This document shows positions 1 through 11,879 of a stretch of DNA of 64,000 bases, one piece after another. The notes under the pieces were generated by a model, which saw only the letters and a list, made by a program, of their open reading frames with translations, did not search any database and was not told where the DNA came from. The stretch is from Vicugna vicugna. Its lineage: Eukaryota. The first letter of the stretch is position 1, and each line of letters starts with the position of its first letter. Location: positions 5,562,745-5,626,744 of the forward strand of contig MU058423.1 in NCBI GenBank assembly GCA_013265495.1. The letters run 5' to 3'. A program made the position numbers and the translations under genes.

Positions 1-59
1 AATGTATTTTAAATATATGACTGTGGCCACTTGTATACAATAGACTAAAAGAAGAAAAG

Positions 60-700
60 TGGGTAGAAGCATGGAAATTAAAAAAGAAAATAAGGTTTAA
101 GTGAATATATTAAGCAACAATTATTTGCCTGAGTCTGTGGCATGAAGTATGTCAACAGAGATGTATGTTTGGAAATATTTACCTTATAAATTATAATAAA
201 ACACATGGGATTACTTAAAAAGCATCCAAAGTTGTTGTAGAGGGTCATGAGTAATAAGAAATGGAGTTTTCCAACATTTAAAAGGCAGAAAAGAAAAAAA
301 CTTTGAATGGAGTTTTCCAAGTGGTAGGAGAAAAATCAGGATTGAATGGAGAAATATTTCTAACAGGCAGGACCACCTATACCAAATGCTTTCAGATACA
401 AAATATGTTAAGGACTGATACGTGGTCATTAACATTTGATTTACACAGAAGTTTCTGGGGGATTGAGAAGAGCAGTTTCAACCAAGTAAATGTCTGAGAG
501 CTGGGTTGAGAAATTGAATGACAGAGAAAAACGTGGAGATAGAAAATAGTTTTTAGAGTTTTGTTATAAGGTAAAGCAAAAGATATAGTACGTTGAGAAA
601 CTACAGGCAAAGAAAGTTTTCCTTTATGGACCAGAGAAAACACATGTTTATATATTAACAACAATAAACCATAATGAGGAAAAACTGATAATGCAGGAGA
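60..700 (-). mobile_element. Degraded LINE-2 internal fragment
   Basis: Purine-rich, heavily diverged sequence resembling antisense L2 ORF2; lies next to a clearer L2 segment. Confidence 0.45.
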
Positions 701-769
701 AAAGAAATTCTAGCATGTCCTATTTTATCCTTCAATTGCTCTCAACAGATAATCTCCCCTCTCAGCTTT

Positions 770-1800
770 ACATTCATTCATTCAATAAAAATTATTTCCT
801 GAACACCTACTCTGTGCTGGACCCTGTTCTAGGCACTTGGGGTATATCACTTAATAAAATAGACAAGATCGCTGATGCCTTGAATTCTGGTTGGGGAAGA
901 TGTGTAATAAGAAATAAATTTAATAAATGGATTAAAATATATTGTTTAAAGGGAATAACTATAAGAATAAAAGAAAAGTAAAGCCAGGTAAGAGAGATCA
1001 AGAGTCTGAGGAAGGGAAGTAATAGCGTGGCTAATTATAGTCTATGATAAGAGAGTAACATTTGAGTAAAGAATTGAAAGACGTGAAGAAGTTAGCCTTG
1101 AACATAAAGGATAAGGGTGCACCAGGCAAATTTCTAGTGCATAGACCATAAAATGAACGTGTGCCTAGACTTACTGGAGGAGCGGTAAAGGAGACAGGGT
1201 GCCTGGAGCACAGTGAAGAGAGAATACCACAGAGTAGACCATTGTGAAGCTCTGATTAATTTACTCTATATGACATGAACAATCACTGCAGGGTTTGAGC
1301 AGCAGAATGACAAGATCAAGTTTAGGTCTTTTAAAGGACCATTCTCTGCATGCTGCAATAGAACCTGGCTCTCTAGAATAGGAACAAAAGCACAAAGACC
1401 ACTTAGAGGGCCTATTACAGTAATCCAGGTAACGGATGATAGCAGTTTGCTCTCAGGTTGGAGCAGCGGAAGGAGTAAGAAGTGGTCATATTTTACATGT
1501 GTTCTAAAGGGAGAACCAATATAACTTTCTGATATATTGGATTTAGATTGCAAAAGAAGTGAGGAATCAAGGATGACTCCAGTGTCCTTAATCTGTGCAA
1601 ACACAAAGATGGAGTTTTAGTAAAATGAGATGAGGAAGGCTGTGAATAGAGGTTTTCAAGGTGATGGTCACAAGTTCAGTTTTTGATTTTTTAAGGTTGA
1701 GGTAATATAATAACCATTCAAATAGCAAGGTTGAAAAGGTAGCTGAATATAATAATCTAGAGTTTTTAAGAGATTTAGACCAGAAAAAATAGCACTAATA
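770..1800 (-). mobile_element. LINE-2 3' end with ORF2 remnant
   Basis: Begins with cattcattcattcaa...cacctactctgtgctgg...ctaggcac (antisense L2 tail). The minus ORF 1266-1604 contains GVILDSSL, typical of the L2 ORF2 C-terminus. Confidence 0.85.
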
Positions 1801-2289
1801 TGCAAAAGTATCTTTAATTTCCTGTAACCATCAGTCACTGGCACAAGATGCATCCTTTCTCTTCTCTTCTTCTGCAATGAATGACACAGACCTTCCCTAT
1901 ACACAGACTATTTTTTCTAATATACCTGACATCCTGGCCCCACTCGCCTTTTTGACCATTAATGTGCCATTTATTTCACTTCTTCCTTTTTCACATGCAT
2001 TTAAATATCCTCAGGTAGAGGTTAAGGTTGGTATAAGACATCCATTGTTAAATTCCTGGTTCCTTGAATCCACTGATAGCGACAAAACAAATGAGAAAAC
2101 AGAGAAGAGGTGTTCCATCTACTTTGCAGTTAGGAAAAATGTCACCACCCATAACTATAAGGCATAAAGCATACTGAGAAATAATCTGAAAAAAAAAACA
2201 AAAGAAGAAAGATGCTTAGAGCCAACACACAGATCCTCATATCTTGAGCAAGGTAAGATTTTTTTCCTTAAAATTACAAAAACTTCTTA

Positions 2290-2445
2290 AAGGCTGTTTC
2301 TCCGTGGTAAGCATTCGTCTCTTGATCAGGAAATGCCCAGCACATTATAGGATGTTTAGTTTTCTTGGACCATCACCAACAATGGCTCCAAGTACTCCAA
2401 ACTCATTTGGAGGGCTGTACATTCACTAATTGTGAAATTTCATTT
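2290..2445. mobile_element. hAT-Charlie MITE (MER3-like), degraded
   Basis: cacattataggatgtttag...ggagggctgtac resembles the MER3 core. Confidence 0.35.
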
Positions 2446-3473
2446 AGGGTAATTTGCTTTAGATTCCTAAGTAAGCAAGTCAAAGTAGGAAATAGCCTTA
2501 GCTTCAAGTTTAATAAGTGGCAGTCTCAATGAAACCAAAGGAAAAAGTGTGCAGACATGCCAACTTTATTGTCAATAAACTTGGCTACTAATTGAGATTA
2601 GAGGGACTGTAGCCTGCTGAAGGGAGGCAGATGTGATCACAGAAAGCCCTACATAAGGGTCTTCATAAAACACATCAACAGCAATGGAAAATCAATGGCA
2701 TAATATATAAAATATTAACAGTTGTTATTTATGAATGCTGGTGTTACAGGGCATTTTTAATTTCTCTATAATTTCATATATCTAAACGTTCACAGTGTTA
2801 TATATCATTTTATAAAAGGAAAGCAAAACTAGCATTAAAAATAAAAATAAATTTAGAAAATTAACCTATACATTTAGTGACAAAAATATTTGAGTCTTTC
2901 AAAGGCAATTAATTTTACTGTAATTTTCACTGTTTGAAATATACTAGCTGATTAAACATCTTTGTATTCTTGAAAGAAAAAATTAAAGCATATTCTAACC
3001 TAAGTAAGTATAATGAAAGAAAGTGAGAATTGAATAAATGTATTATTACAAAAGACTATCTTATAATGATGAATAAAATGACTGAATTTGCAGTTGCCAT
3101 TTTGTTGGAACTTCAGTTTTAATTAACAGACTAGCCTTGCACATGAATACTACAAAAATTAAGTCCAGTGATATTGTAATAAAGTCAAAGATACTTTAAA
3201 AATCATTTTAAATATTAATCATAATAGCTCTATTATAAGTACAGTATTTTAAACATTTTCAGTAAGAGCAGAAATTATGTTTAATGATGTTAATAAGCAA
3301 TAAGAAAATTTTTGATGAATTTAACCAGTTTTATTTGTATTAATCATCTAACTTACAAGTGGTAATACAGGCTATTCTTATTTCAGATTAAGTATTATTA
3401 TAACTAATATTTTATCTGTTGCTTTTTTAACAAAATCATTCCCCAAATTTGTTTTCAGTGAATAAAGATACTG

Positions 3474-4541
3474 TGTCAGGGAGGAAGTTTTCCTTTGTCT
3501 CTCTAGGTTCTTCTGGGTGGTCTAAGAATCAAATTGATATGAGGCAGATTAATAGGAGAAAATCAAACAAAAGTTTAACAACATGTGTGTAGCCGGCTGG
3601 CAGTCTCTGAAATCATAAATCTCTCCACTCCTGGGCTCTCTGTGTGCCGGGAGCCACTGAAGCCTAAACCCTCACCCCCCACTGCAGGACCACTTTGCAT
3701 ACCTACATCTCTGCAGGATGAAAAAATCTCTCTTGATGTGTGTTTACCCTAACAAAACTCATTTCCCCAGGAGACAGCGCATCTCACAATACCCTAGGCA
3801 GACAGGCTTCACATTCTGCCCTTACCAAAGTCCTAAATCCTAGTGTTCAGAGAAGTCCCTGACAGACCTTACAACCAATCAGGTATCTGTGAACAAACTG
3901 ATCATGCAGTCCCCTGCACATCGTGTTCACAGCCCCCTCCCCCAATAAAAGAGCTGCACCGGCGCTCACACGCGGGCACCTCTTACCTGTGGTGGCCCAC
4001 TGCTGCCTCTAACAGTGCACCTATTAAACTGCCCTAAACTTTTCTCAGTCTGGTAATTCTTTACCAATCCGCGTCACCGGCCTGCTGCATTGTGCCCACA
4101 ATAATGTATACAATGAAAGACATCCAGAAACTCGCTCAAATGACTGAAGCCCTCACCTTAAATACCACTTCCAGCTAATGACAAAAGATGATGTTGTGGG
4201 TTGTGGTTTAGGACCTCAAAAGGGAGGAAGGCAATTGACAAGGGGATGGAAAAGCTAATATCTGTTAAACAAATGTTTGCGGGATCACGCAGAGACAATA
4301 TGACACAGATAGGAATTTTAACAAACAGATTTTGCTAGCTCTCTACCTGTCTACACATCTAGTTCATTCTTCATGGTGATGGTTTCCTTCCTGGAACAGG
4401 TCCTCTGTCTACGTTCTTTAGGCAGTTAGCGGGAAGGGCAATGTTCCTTCCTGAGTTTTTTGGGCCTCAAAAATAACCAGCCTAAATGAATCCTCATGCC
4501 AAAGAGACACATTTTGGGGTGGCAAATCTTGTTCACCTACA
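3474..4541 (-). mobile_element. ERV1 solo LTR (MER34-like), interrupted by a second LTR
   Basis: The reverse complement starts TGTAGGTGAACAAGATTTGCCACCCCAAAATGTGTCTCTTTGGCATGAGG, characteristic of MER34-group LTR 5' ends; TG...CA termini. Confidence 0.75.
3588..4103 (+). mobile_element. ERVL-type solo LTR (MER54/MER73/MER74-like) nested in the MER34-like LTR
   Basis: Starts TGTAG; has AATAAAAG TATA-like and ATTAAA poly(A)-like signals; ends ggtaattctttacc...cccacaata; 5-bp TSD ATGTG (3583-3587) / ATGTA (4104-4108). Confidence 0.7.
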
Positions 4542-4584
4542 TCAGAATGAAACTATCATCTCAATCTATCTGAAATTCAATTAC

Positions 4585-4777
4585 CTCTTTTTTTTAGCGG
4601 AATCAATGAGACTATATTTATAGAACTTAAGCACACAATATGCAAATTCTTGAGAAATGAATTTGATTTTTCCCTTGGTAGATACAGGTATGACAAGATT
4701 GGCAGTGTGTTGATATTTCATTTTCATCACAATTTTAAAACCACTGTCTCTTGTGATCATAGGGTTACAGATTTCCA
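4585..4777 (-). CDS. Candidate internal coding exon of an unidentified minus-strand gene (phase 1 to 2)
   Basis: Acceptor tctttttgactttag, donor AG|gtaatt; 193 nt, open: (V)EICNPMITRDSGFKIVMKMKYQHTANLVIPVSTKGKIKFISQEFAYCVLKFYKYSLIDSAKKK(R). Confidence 0.5.
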
Positions 4778-4916
4778 CTAAAGTCAAAAAGACAACACTG
4801 CTTACAGAAATCAAAGAAGTAATCATTATTTTAATCTTAGCATTGTGAAATGAATTGAGAGCTCACATATCCATTGTCATTCAAAGTTTGTGAAGCAATC
4901 TGTAAATAGCGCCTAC

Positions 4917-5039
4917 CTAGATAGTCTGTTCTGTGAAACTTTACTTCAAGAATATCCTGTGGAGCATTTAAGAGACCAAACATATGTTTCTTTATCTTTG
5001 TTAACATTTCCATACTTCTGTTTTTACTCTTCCATTTTA
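4917..5039 (-). CDS. Candidate internal coding exon (phase 1 to 1), splices in frame to 4585-4777
   Basis: Donor TAG|gtaggc; acceptor ctgcag with a weak pyrimidine tract; open: KWKSKNRSMEMLTKIKKHMFGLLNAPQDILEVKFHRTDYL; 139-nt intron to the next exon. Confidence 0.45.
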
Positions 5040-5158
5040 CTGCAGATTGTCATTTCAGGATACCTGCCTAGCTGAGGAAACATGCACTGCTCTCCCAGTA
5101 TTTTTCTCCTCTATATAAAGGTCAGTAGGATAACAACTACACTATCAGAAGTGAGTTT

Positions 5159-5280
5159 ATAGGGAACATAACTACCTAGTTTATCATCCAAACCAAGACA
5201 CTTATGGGGCCTCAGTGCAGCAGGCATAAATTGAGAATTTTCTGGGAAAACTAAGATGTTTCTTCACTGTATTTATAGGG
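5159..5280 (-). mobile_element. hAT-Blackjack MITE (MER94-like)
   Basis: taggg...tttatcatccaaaccaagacact...caggcataaattgaga matches the antisense MER94 layout. Confidence 0.5.
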
Positions 5281-5809
5281 CATTTTAAAAACTACAATAC
5301 AATTACATAGCTTCTTGCCTCCATATGTCATTTAAGCGTCCAATTGGCTTAAATCCCATGAGTTGAGCAACAATCCATGAATTTGCTTCATAGTTAGTTG
5401 TAAACACAAAGACTGTATGACAGGTCCTTGGATATTTGAGTATATACCGTGGAACAGGAAAGAGAATTCTGCTCTTTTGGTCGCATGGAATGCAGGTTAC
5501 TAACTGTGGTATCTGTAGATTATATTAAATAAAATATATGGCACTAGAAATTGCTCATCATAGAACACACAGCATATTACATCAAGATATTCTGCAAACA
5601 AACGGGGTATTGCGATAGTTACGTAATGAACAGTATTGTTCGTTTTATTTTTGTAAACACATGGAAGTGTGGGCACCCATTTGGAACCCCAGAGTTGACA
5701 TAAAGATTATTTTAAGCTTAAGACATCTGAGATTCGACAGATGCAGAAAAAGTCTCCTTAGAATTTCCTGTATGTGACTAAAAGTAGCAACTTCTGGGAA
5801 TTGAGTGAT

Positions 5810-6800
5810 TTTATGGCTGAAACAATATATTCGGAAACCCTCCTCTACAGTAGCCCACAAGGCATATGCCCAATATACCATTTGCCCATAATCCCAGAAA
5901 ACTACTTCATGGATCTCAAGGTCACTTTTCCCTTCCTAAGAGTCCTTTTGAGGTATGGTAATTGGACTTTATGCAAATGCCATCATCTCAAGGATATAAA
6001 TATATTTTGGTAATGATCTGTAAGTTTTCACATTGGATTGAAGCTTATCCCTGCAGGAGAGCAATGGCTTTATCAGTAAGTAAATTGCCATTGGAAAGAA
6101 TAATTTCTGTTTGGGGGATCCTTTCCAAGTTGCATAGTGACTGAGGGACCCACTTTACTGGAAAAATAAAGAAATCTATTTATGATATTTGACTGATACT
6201 GCAGCTTTTTCACTGAGTTTACAATCCCCAATCATCAAGATTGGTAGAAAGGACTAATGATATTATCAAAACTCAACTGGCAAAACTCTTACAGGCTTTT
6301 CATCTTTCATGGCCAAAAGCTGCCCCACTGGTGCTTCTCAATCTCAGTGTACTCCTTTTGGTAAATATCAACTGTCTCCTTTTGAAATACTCACTGGGCC
6401 ACCTATGCACTTAGATGAAGACATGTACAAACCAACATTACTTAAGGGCAATATATTACATTATTGCCAAAGACTTATTAAAGTGGTTAAAGAAAATGAA
6501 AAGCTATAACTAATTCATTTCACAGCAAGCTCCAAGGAGATAAAGATGTTAAAGGCCATGGGTTACAGCCTGGAGATTTTGTCTATTGGAAAAGACGTAA
6601 GATAAAGGATTCTTTACAGCCATGTTGACGGGGTCATATTAGATCTTATTTACAAATCTCTGTGCTTCAAAATTTAAAGCAGTAAGTTCTCAGATTTCTC
6701 ATCTCAAAAAGGCCTCCCGTCCTAAATGGACTACAACTCCTGTTGCTGACATCTGGCTTCAACTAACTAAGACTAGAGCTACCAGAACAGGATGAGAAGA
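5810..6800 (+). pseudogene. pol: ERV1 pol integrase remnant (stops and frameshifts)
   Basis: PFEVW*LDFMQMPSSQGYKYILVMICKFSHWIEAYPCRR...LHSD*GTHFTG is a retroviral DDE integrase core; YNPQSSRLVERTN-like motif downstream. Confidence 0.9.
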
Positions 6801-6869
6801 AGATGACATCTGAAGTAGACAGCTGATCCAAGGTGTTGGACCAGGTCTGTATACTAATAACTTTCATAA

Positions 6870-8200
6870 TTGCTCCCATTTTTGCTTATGAACCAAAGTT
6901 GTCCCCACACACCCACCCGCCACCTCCACCTTGGGGCTTAATCATAGGCAAGTTTCAAAAATCAATTCAATTGCTGGGTTTAAGGACAATTACCTACATC
7001 TAGCACTTTTGGATCACCCAGTGGAGCTCACCTTTCCAAGGTTCAGATTGGCTAGCCATTAGGGATTTTATTTTAGAAGAAAGAAATTCTAGTACCATGC
7101 AAGCCACCACCAGTACCACTGAGTGTGATGCTCTTAACCTGGCCAGTTAATGACTCCTGTTTTCAATCTAGCCATAAGCATTCCTTTTCACTCAGTGTTA
7201 CTCAATCCCAATCAGAGTATTGTGCTGCAGCTACACTTAAAAACATAACATCCCATCTCTGAGGTGACATTTTTCCTCAGCTGTGGTATGGATTAATTTG
7301 GCTGACACTGGGATATAGCCACCTAAATATGAAGGTCCCTCTTTGTTGGGAGCAAGCATCTCATAGTAAAGATAATCAACCTAACAATACTTGTAAATTA
7401 CAGTGGACAGCACCTGAAAACTGTCAATATACTATAACTTTGAGGACCAGTGATTGGTTTGGAATTGATTACTTTAAGATAACTTAGTATATACTAGGTA
7501 GCTCCTAAAGGAATCCAATGGATTTGTGGAACAAATTCATGGCCTGGCTTCCCCAAATTGGTTAGGAAGATACACAACTAGTTTCCCCTGGGCTCAAGGT
7601 CACCTACAGGTAGCCTTGGAAAAAGCCCCTGCCAATCTGCCTTTAATGTGAGCATGCTGGATTGGATCAGCTTTCTAATGATATGATCATTTGGCCACAA
7701 TATCTGTTCCTTCACTTGGAACAGAAGGTATCTTTACTTACATTGAGGCTTTAACAAAATTTACTCAGCAAGCTTTGAATGACAGTAATCAAGCCATTTG
7801 CTTGCTCAGTTTGGAAGTCTCCAGGATAATAAAAGAAGTCCTTCAGAATCACATGGCCTTGTTATCCTAACTGCTTCCCAAAAAGGAACCTGTGCTATAA
7901 TACATATTGAATGTTGTATTTTTAAACTTGATTAGTCCTCTAATAAAACCTATCTTATGATGTATATGAAAAATGAATTTCCACTGTGAATGATACTCTT
8001 CCCAGTTTAAGGGAAATATAATGAAAATGGTTTGGTTTAGGAGGATCTTGGCTTAAATCATTACTAATGAAACTATTACTCCTATTGGTAATTTTGATTA
8101 CAGTTTGTGTAGTTTACCAAGTGATTACTGTTTGTTTTTTGCACTGTGTATGACTACTCCTACTAAGATAAAGATATCTAAGTAATTTGAAATTATTGAT
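6870..8200 (+). pseudogene. env: ERV1 env remnant, gamma-type, similar to the PABL/envR(b) group
   Basis: Fragments NCWV*GQLP, QLWYGLIWLT...PLCWEQ, APKGIQWICGTNSW, PWAQG, IEALTKFTQQALNDS, ISD-like LQNHMAL, CX6CC (CAIIHIECC) and a hydrophobic TM segment near 8070-8130; many stops. Confidence 0.85.
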
Positions 8201-8461
8201 CACATCCATAGTTCTCTATATGCACATGCAAGGTAACATTGGCCTAAGTCCTACTGGACAATTTGGAATTGATGGTTAGTCCTTGCCATACACCTTACCA
8301 GTACAACTCACTAAAAGAAAGGAAAGAACCAGGATACTGACACACAGCATTGAGGGACATGATAGATACAGGGCAGGTAAGAAACCACCCTGGCATCAAG
8401 AGACCACATATTTGTTCGCCCAAGGCATTCTATCAAAGGATTAATGACCAAAAAGGGGAAC

Positions 8462-8796
8462 TGATGAAATCAAATAATTTTAAAGAAGGGCAAAAAAATG
8501 TAAACACAAAATTTTCTCTGTCATTTGGGCCACTATCCCCTCCCACTTCGTGTGACTGTGCATTATACATTAACTAGAAGACAGGAATGCCTGCAACGTA
8601 AGCTGTTAATATGTTTCTCTGACCTATATAAACCTTTGTCAGAAACTTATAAAACTGTGCTTTGCCCTCTAACAGGTGGAAAAGTCCTCAGAGATTTTTG
8701 AAAGACTATTTTCCAGGTTATAATCCTCAGGTTGGCTCAAATAAAATTCTTTATTTCTTCTTTAGATTGGCTATTAATTAATTTTTTCCATCAGCA
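8462..8796 (+). mobile_element. 3' LTR of the ERV1 provirus
   Basis: Polypurine tract AAAAAGGGGAA immediately upstream (8450-8460); starts TG; has TATAAA and AATAAA; ends tcagCA. Confidence 0.85.
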
Positions 8797-11700
8797 TGAA
8801 CCTACATAAATCATTCTCTAGGGGAGTTTTATGACCCTGACCTTGACAGAAAGAACACATACCTGTATAGACAAATGTTATCACAAATTTTCTTATCTGC
8901 CATCTGTTCTGCTAAAAATCCTTTCATCTTTCCTAAGGAAACTTATTTGTTCTTCCCATAAAGGTCTTTTCTCTCCACTCTCTTCCTCTACTAAACTAGA
9001 TACATAAGCTTTTAACTTTAACCATTTAATGGACTAGCTACTTCTTTTGTTTTGTCTCATTTGTATACAAAATAAACCTTTCTCTCGTGTTAATCTTTTA
9101 TTAGGTTAATTTAAGGTGCTATAACTAAATCCAACAAGAAACAGTTTTTTCCTCCCCTACAGAGGTTTCCTTAAATTCACCTTATAGTGGTTATGAGTAT
9201 AGTGGTATTATATTCTCCAGATACTTCTCATGTGAAAAAGTACTAAAATTAATAATGAACACTTTATCGTGTTATTGTGGAAATTAAATTTAAACTTCTT
9301 AGAATGGTGACTGACAAGTAGTAACCACTGAATTATGAAACTCATAATTTTAAAGTTCTTATGTCAAAATTATATATACATCATTAAATAATATTGCTTA
9401 GTTTATCAAATGACAAAAGGTGACATATGCTTTGGGAGCTGTGACTCTGAAAGCAAAAGCTATCAGGAAAAAAACTGTTTAAACTATAGCATGTAGGAGG
9501 TCATGAAGTTTAGGTACATATGGAATGAATAATCCCAACTTTAGAAAAAAAGAAAGTGCCTAAACTTGTTATAAGATTAATCTCCAGAAATAAGTAAAAG
9601 TAGGAAAGAGTAAGTAATTTAAACATTTTTGTGCCTATAAGTGGAAAATACATTTAGCATTTTAGATTTTTTCCAAATTCACAGTCCTATAATACAGAAA
9701 ATATTTTAATGCAATGACCAGCCTTCTAAGCATTTTTTTAGTGTGCTTTTTAGTGCAGACCTAAGAAAACAACAGAATATAGCATTTCATATTTAATACA
9801 TTTGATTGGTATTTCTAAAAATAAGATAATGTTTAGGAGAAAAATTAGTTTCATATATACTTAACTTTGGGCATTTGTGAACAATTCTTAAGGGATATTA
9901 GTAACTTTTTTTCTTATGCTTAAGATAGTAGATGTAGATTGCAAACACAGTTAAAAATAATTATAAACATTAAAAATATACATTAGGTTTTCCAAAAGTA
10001 GTTCATCGGTGTTAGAAATAATGCCTGATGATAAACCGCACAATGGGACTAAACTTCAGTGATCTCATTACTCCTTTACTGATTTGCCTTTGAAGCTGGA
10101 AACAGAAATGCTTTTACTTTAAATATTTCTCTTTCATTTCTCAGGTCTAAGCTAAAGGGTGCTTCCTTTGTTCAATCTTGTAACAAATACATTTAAGAAT
10201 CCAAAATGGGGCACGATTTTACTGGGGCCTTTGAGGACTTCAGAGATGATTAAGACCCAAGAGCTGCCATAAAAGAAACTAGGCGGCTACAAGGCAGTAA
10301 GATAAGGTTCGTTGTAAAGCTTTTCTGCTTTGAGCTTGGTGAAGAGTGGCTAGACAGCTATTATTACAAAAATTACCCTTTTTCCACAAATAAAGACATC
10401 ACCTACCTAGAGAGTATATGCTGCCATTTTCTTTTGTCATTTAAGAAGTGCTCAGGAGAGAGAGAATTTAATATAAAACTTTTACTAAAAGGCTACTGTG
10501 ACTTAATATCAAAGGCAATACTGAGACTTCATTGAAAGGAGAAGAAACAATCTTAACCCTCCTAGGGGCAGTCCAGATACATTATACTCTTTCATAGTTC
10601 ACTCTTTCTTTTCCATGTCTTTCCTCATTAACATCCTTTCCCCACTGGGCGGGGAAGAGGATGGAAACACTACTTTTTTAATCCACAGTCAAATAACACT
10701 GCTGCTGTCACATTAACTTATCTTTATCTGGTCAAACATCACTCTCATTGTCTTCAGTCCTCCTTAAGATACTGCAATTTTCTACAACTTGTTCAAAGAT
10801 TTTTAGAAACACCACATTTACTTATTTACTTTTTTAAACTATTATTTATTTACTTATTTATTTCTAGCCAGTCTGAAACTTAGATTACATAGTTATTTCA
10901 GTAACAATTTATTATACATAATTTAATACAAAAATTCATGGTTAAAAATACAGAATTAGCTTCCCAATAATTCTTAAAAGCTTTTTTTAAACTCAACATT
11001 CAGCCAATAGGATAATCAGGGTCATTATTTCATTCTGCTTTAGAAATTCATGTCATGAGTCCTTTATGACAATTTTGTATCCAAGATACTCAATAAAAAT
11101 GTCCTGATACAGTGCATCTAAAAATAATGGATACATTTAAAATTTTTTTAAACTTTAAAAATGAATAACTATATAGGAAAGTAAGAAAAATTTTCAGTGT
11201 CCATAAACTATGGGACATAATGAAATGACACAGTTATCAAATATCGGAGTTAAGTTTGTCTCTGACTCATCTGTCAATCTCTAATGACCTACCACTTGGA
11301 AACAGAAGGCAAAGCCTCAGACATATATAGAATGGGACATCTGATTAGAGAACACACATAAAGTCAGGTAAAAAATGTGTAATTTTCTTATACAAGGAAA
11401 TGTTGAAACTCTAGTTTTTTCTATGAATTCTAAATTGGTACGTGTCATAAAGAATTCTAATAGCAAGTCTACCCTCATGTGAATTTAAGAATCACAATCA
11501 TTATACATGAAACAACTCCACAGTGAATATATATTTTAAGTGGGCCTGTCTGGCCATTGTCCAGAAACTTATAAAAACAGAAATAACAATATTTTTAGGG
11601 AAAAGTATTTTTAAAAGTTCAGTAATTTTTACTAGATTCCAAAACATCAATCACTGAAAAATAAGAAAACAAGGTACCATGAACGACGGTAAGAAAAATA

Positions 11701-11879
11701 AAGAATTAGACTCACATAAGCAGGAAATACTAAACTAGTCACAGAATACAAAAAGCAATGGATTATGATTCTCTGGAGAAACAGAACCAGTAAGTAACAT
11801 ACGCATATATTTCAACACAACCAATAGATAGATACTGAAATACTATCTATCTCTGTATACAGATCTATGCAGGGTACCC

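Larger units (their letters stand above)
5668..9161 (+). mobile_element. MER34-like ERV1 LTR split into 5668-~5808 and 8797-9161 by a provirus insertion
   Basis: 5' part has cataaagattattttaagct (MER34-like); 3' part has AATAAA and ends ttttttcctcccctaCA; 4-bp flanks GAAG (5664-5667) / GAGG (9162-9165). Confidence 0.65.

Noticed and set aside
6870..8200. Domesticated syncytin-like gene
   Set aside because: Many stops and frameshifts; no long ORF in the region.
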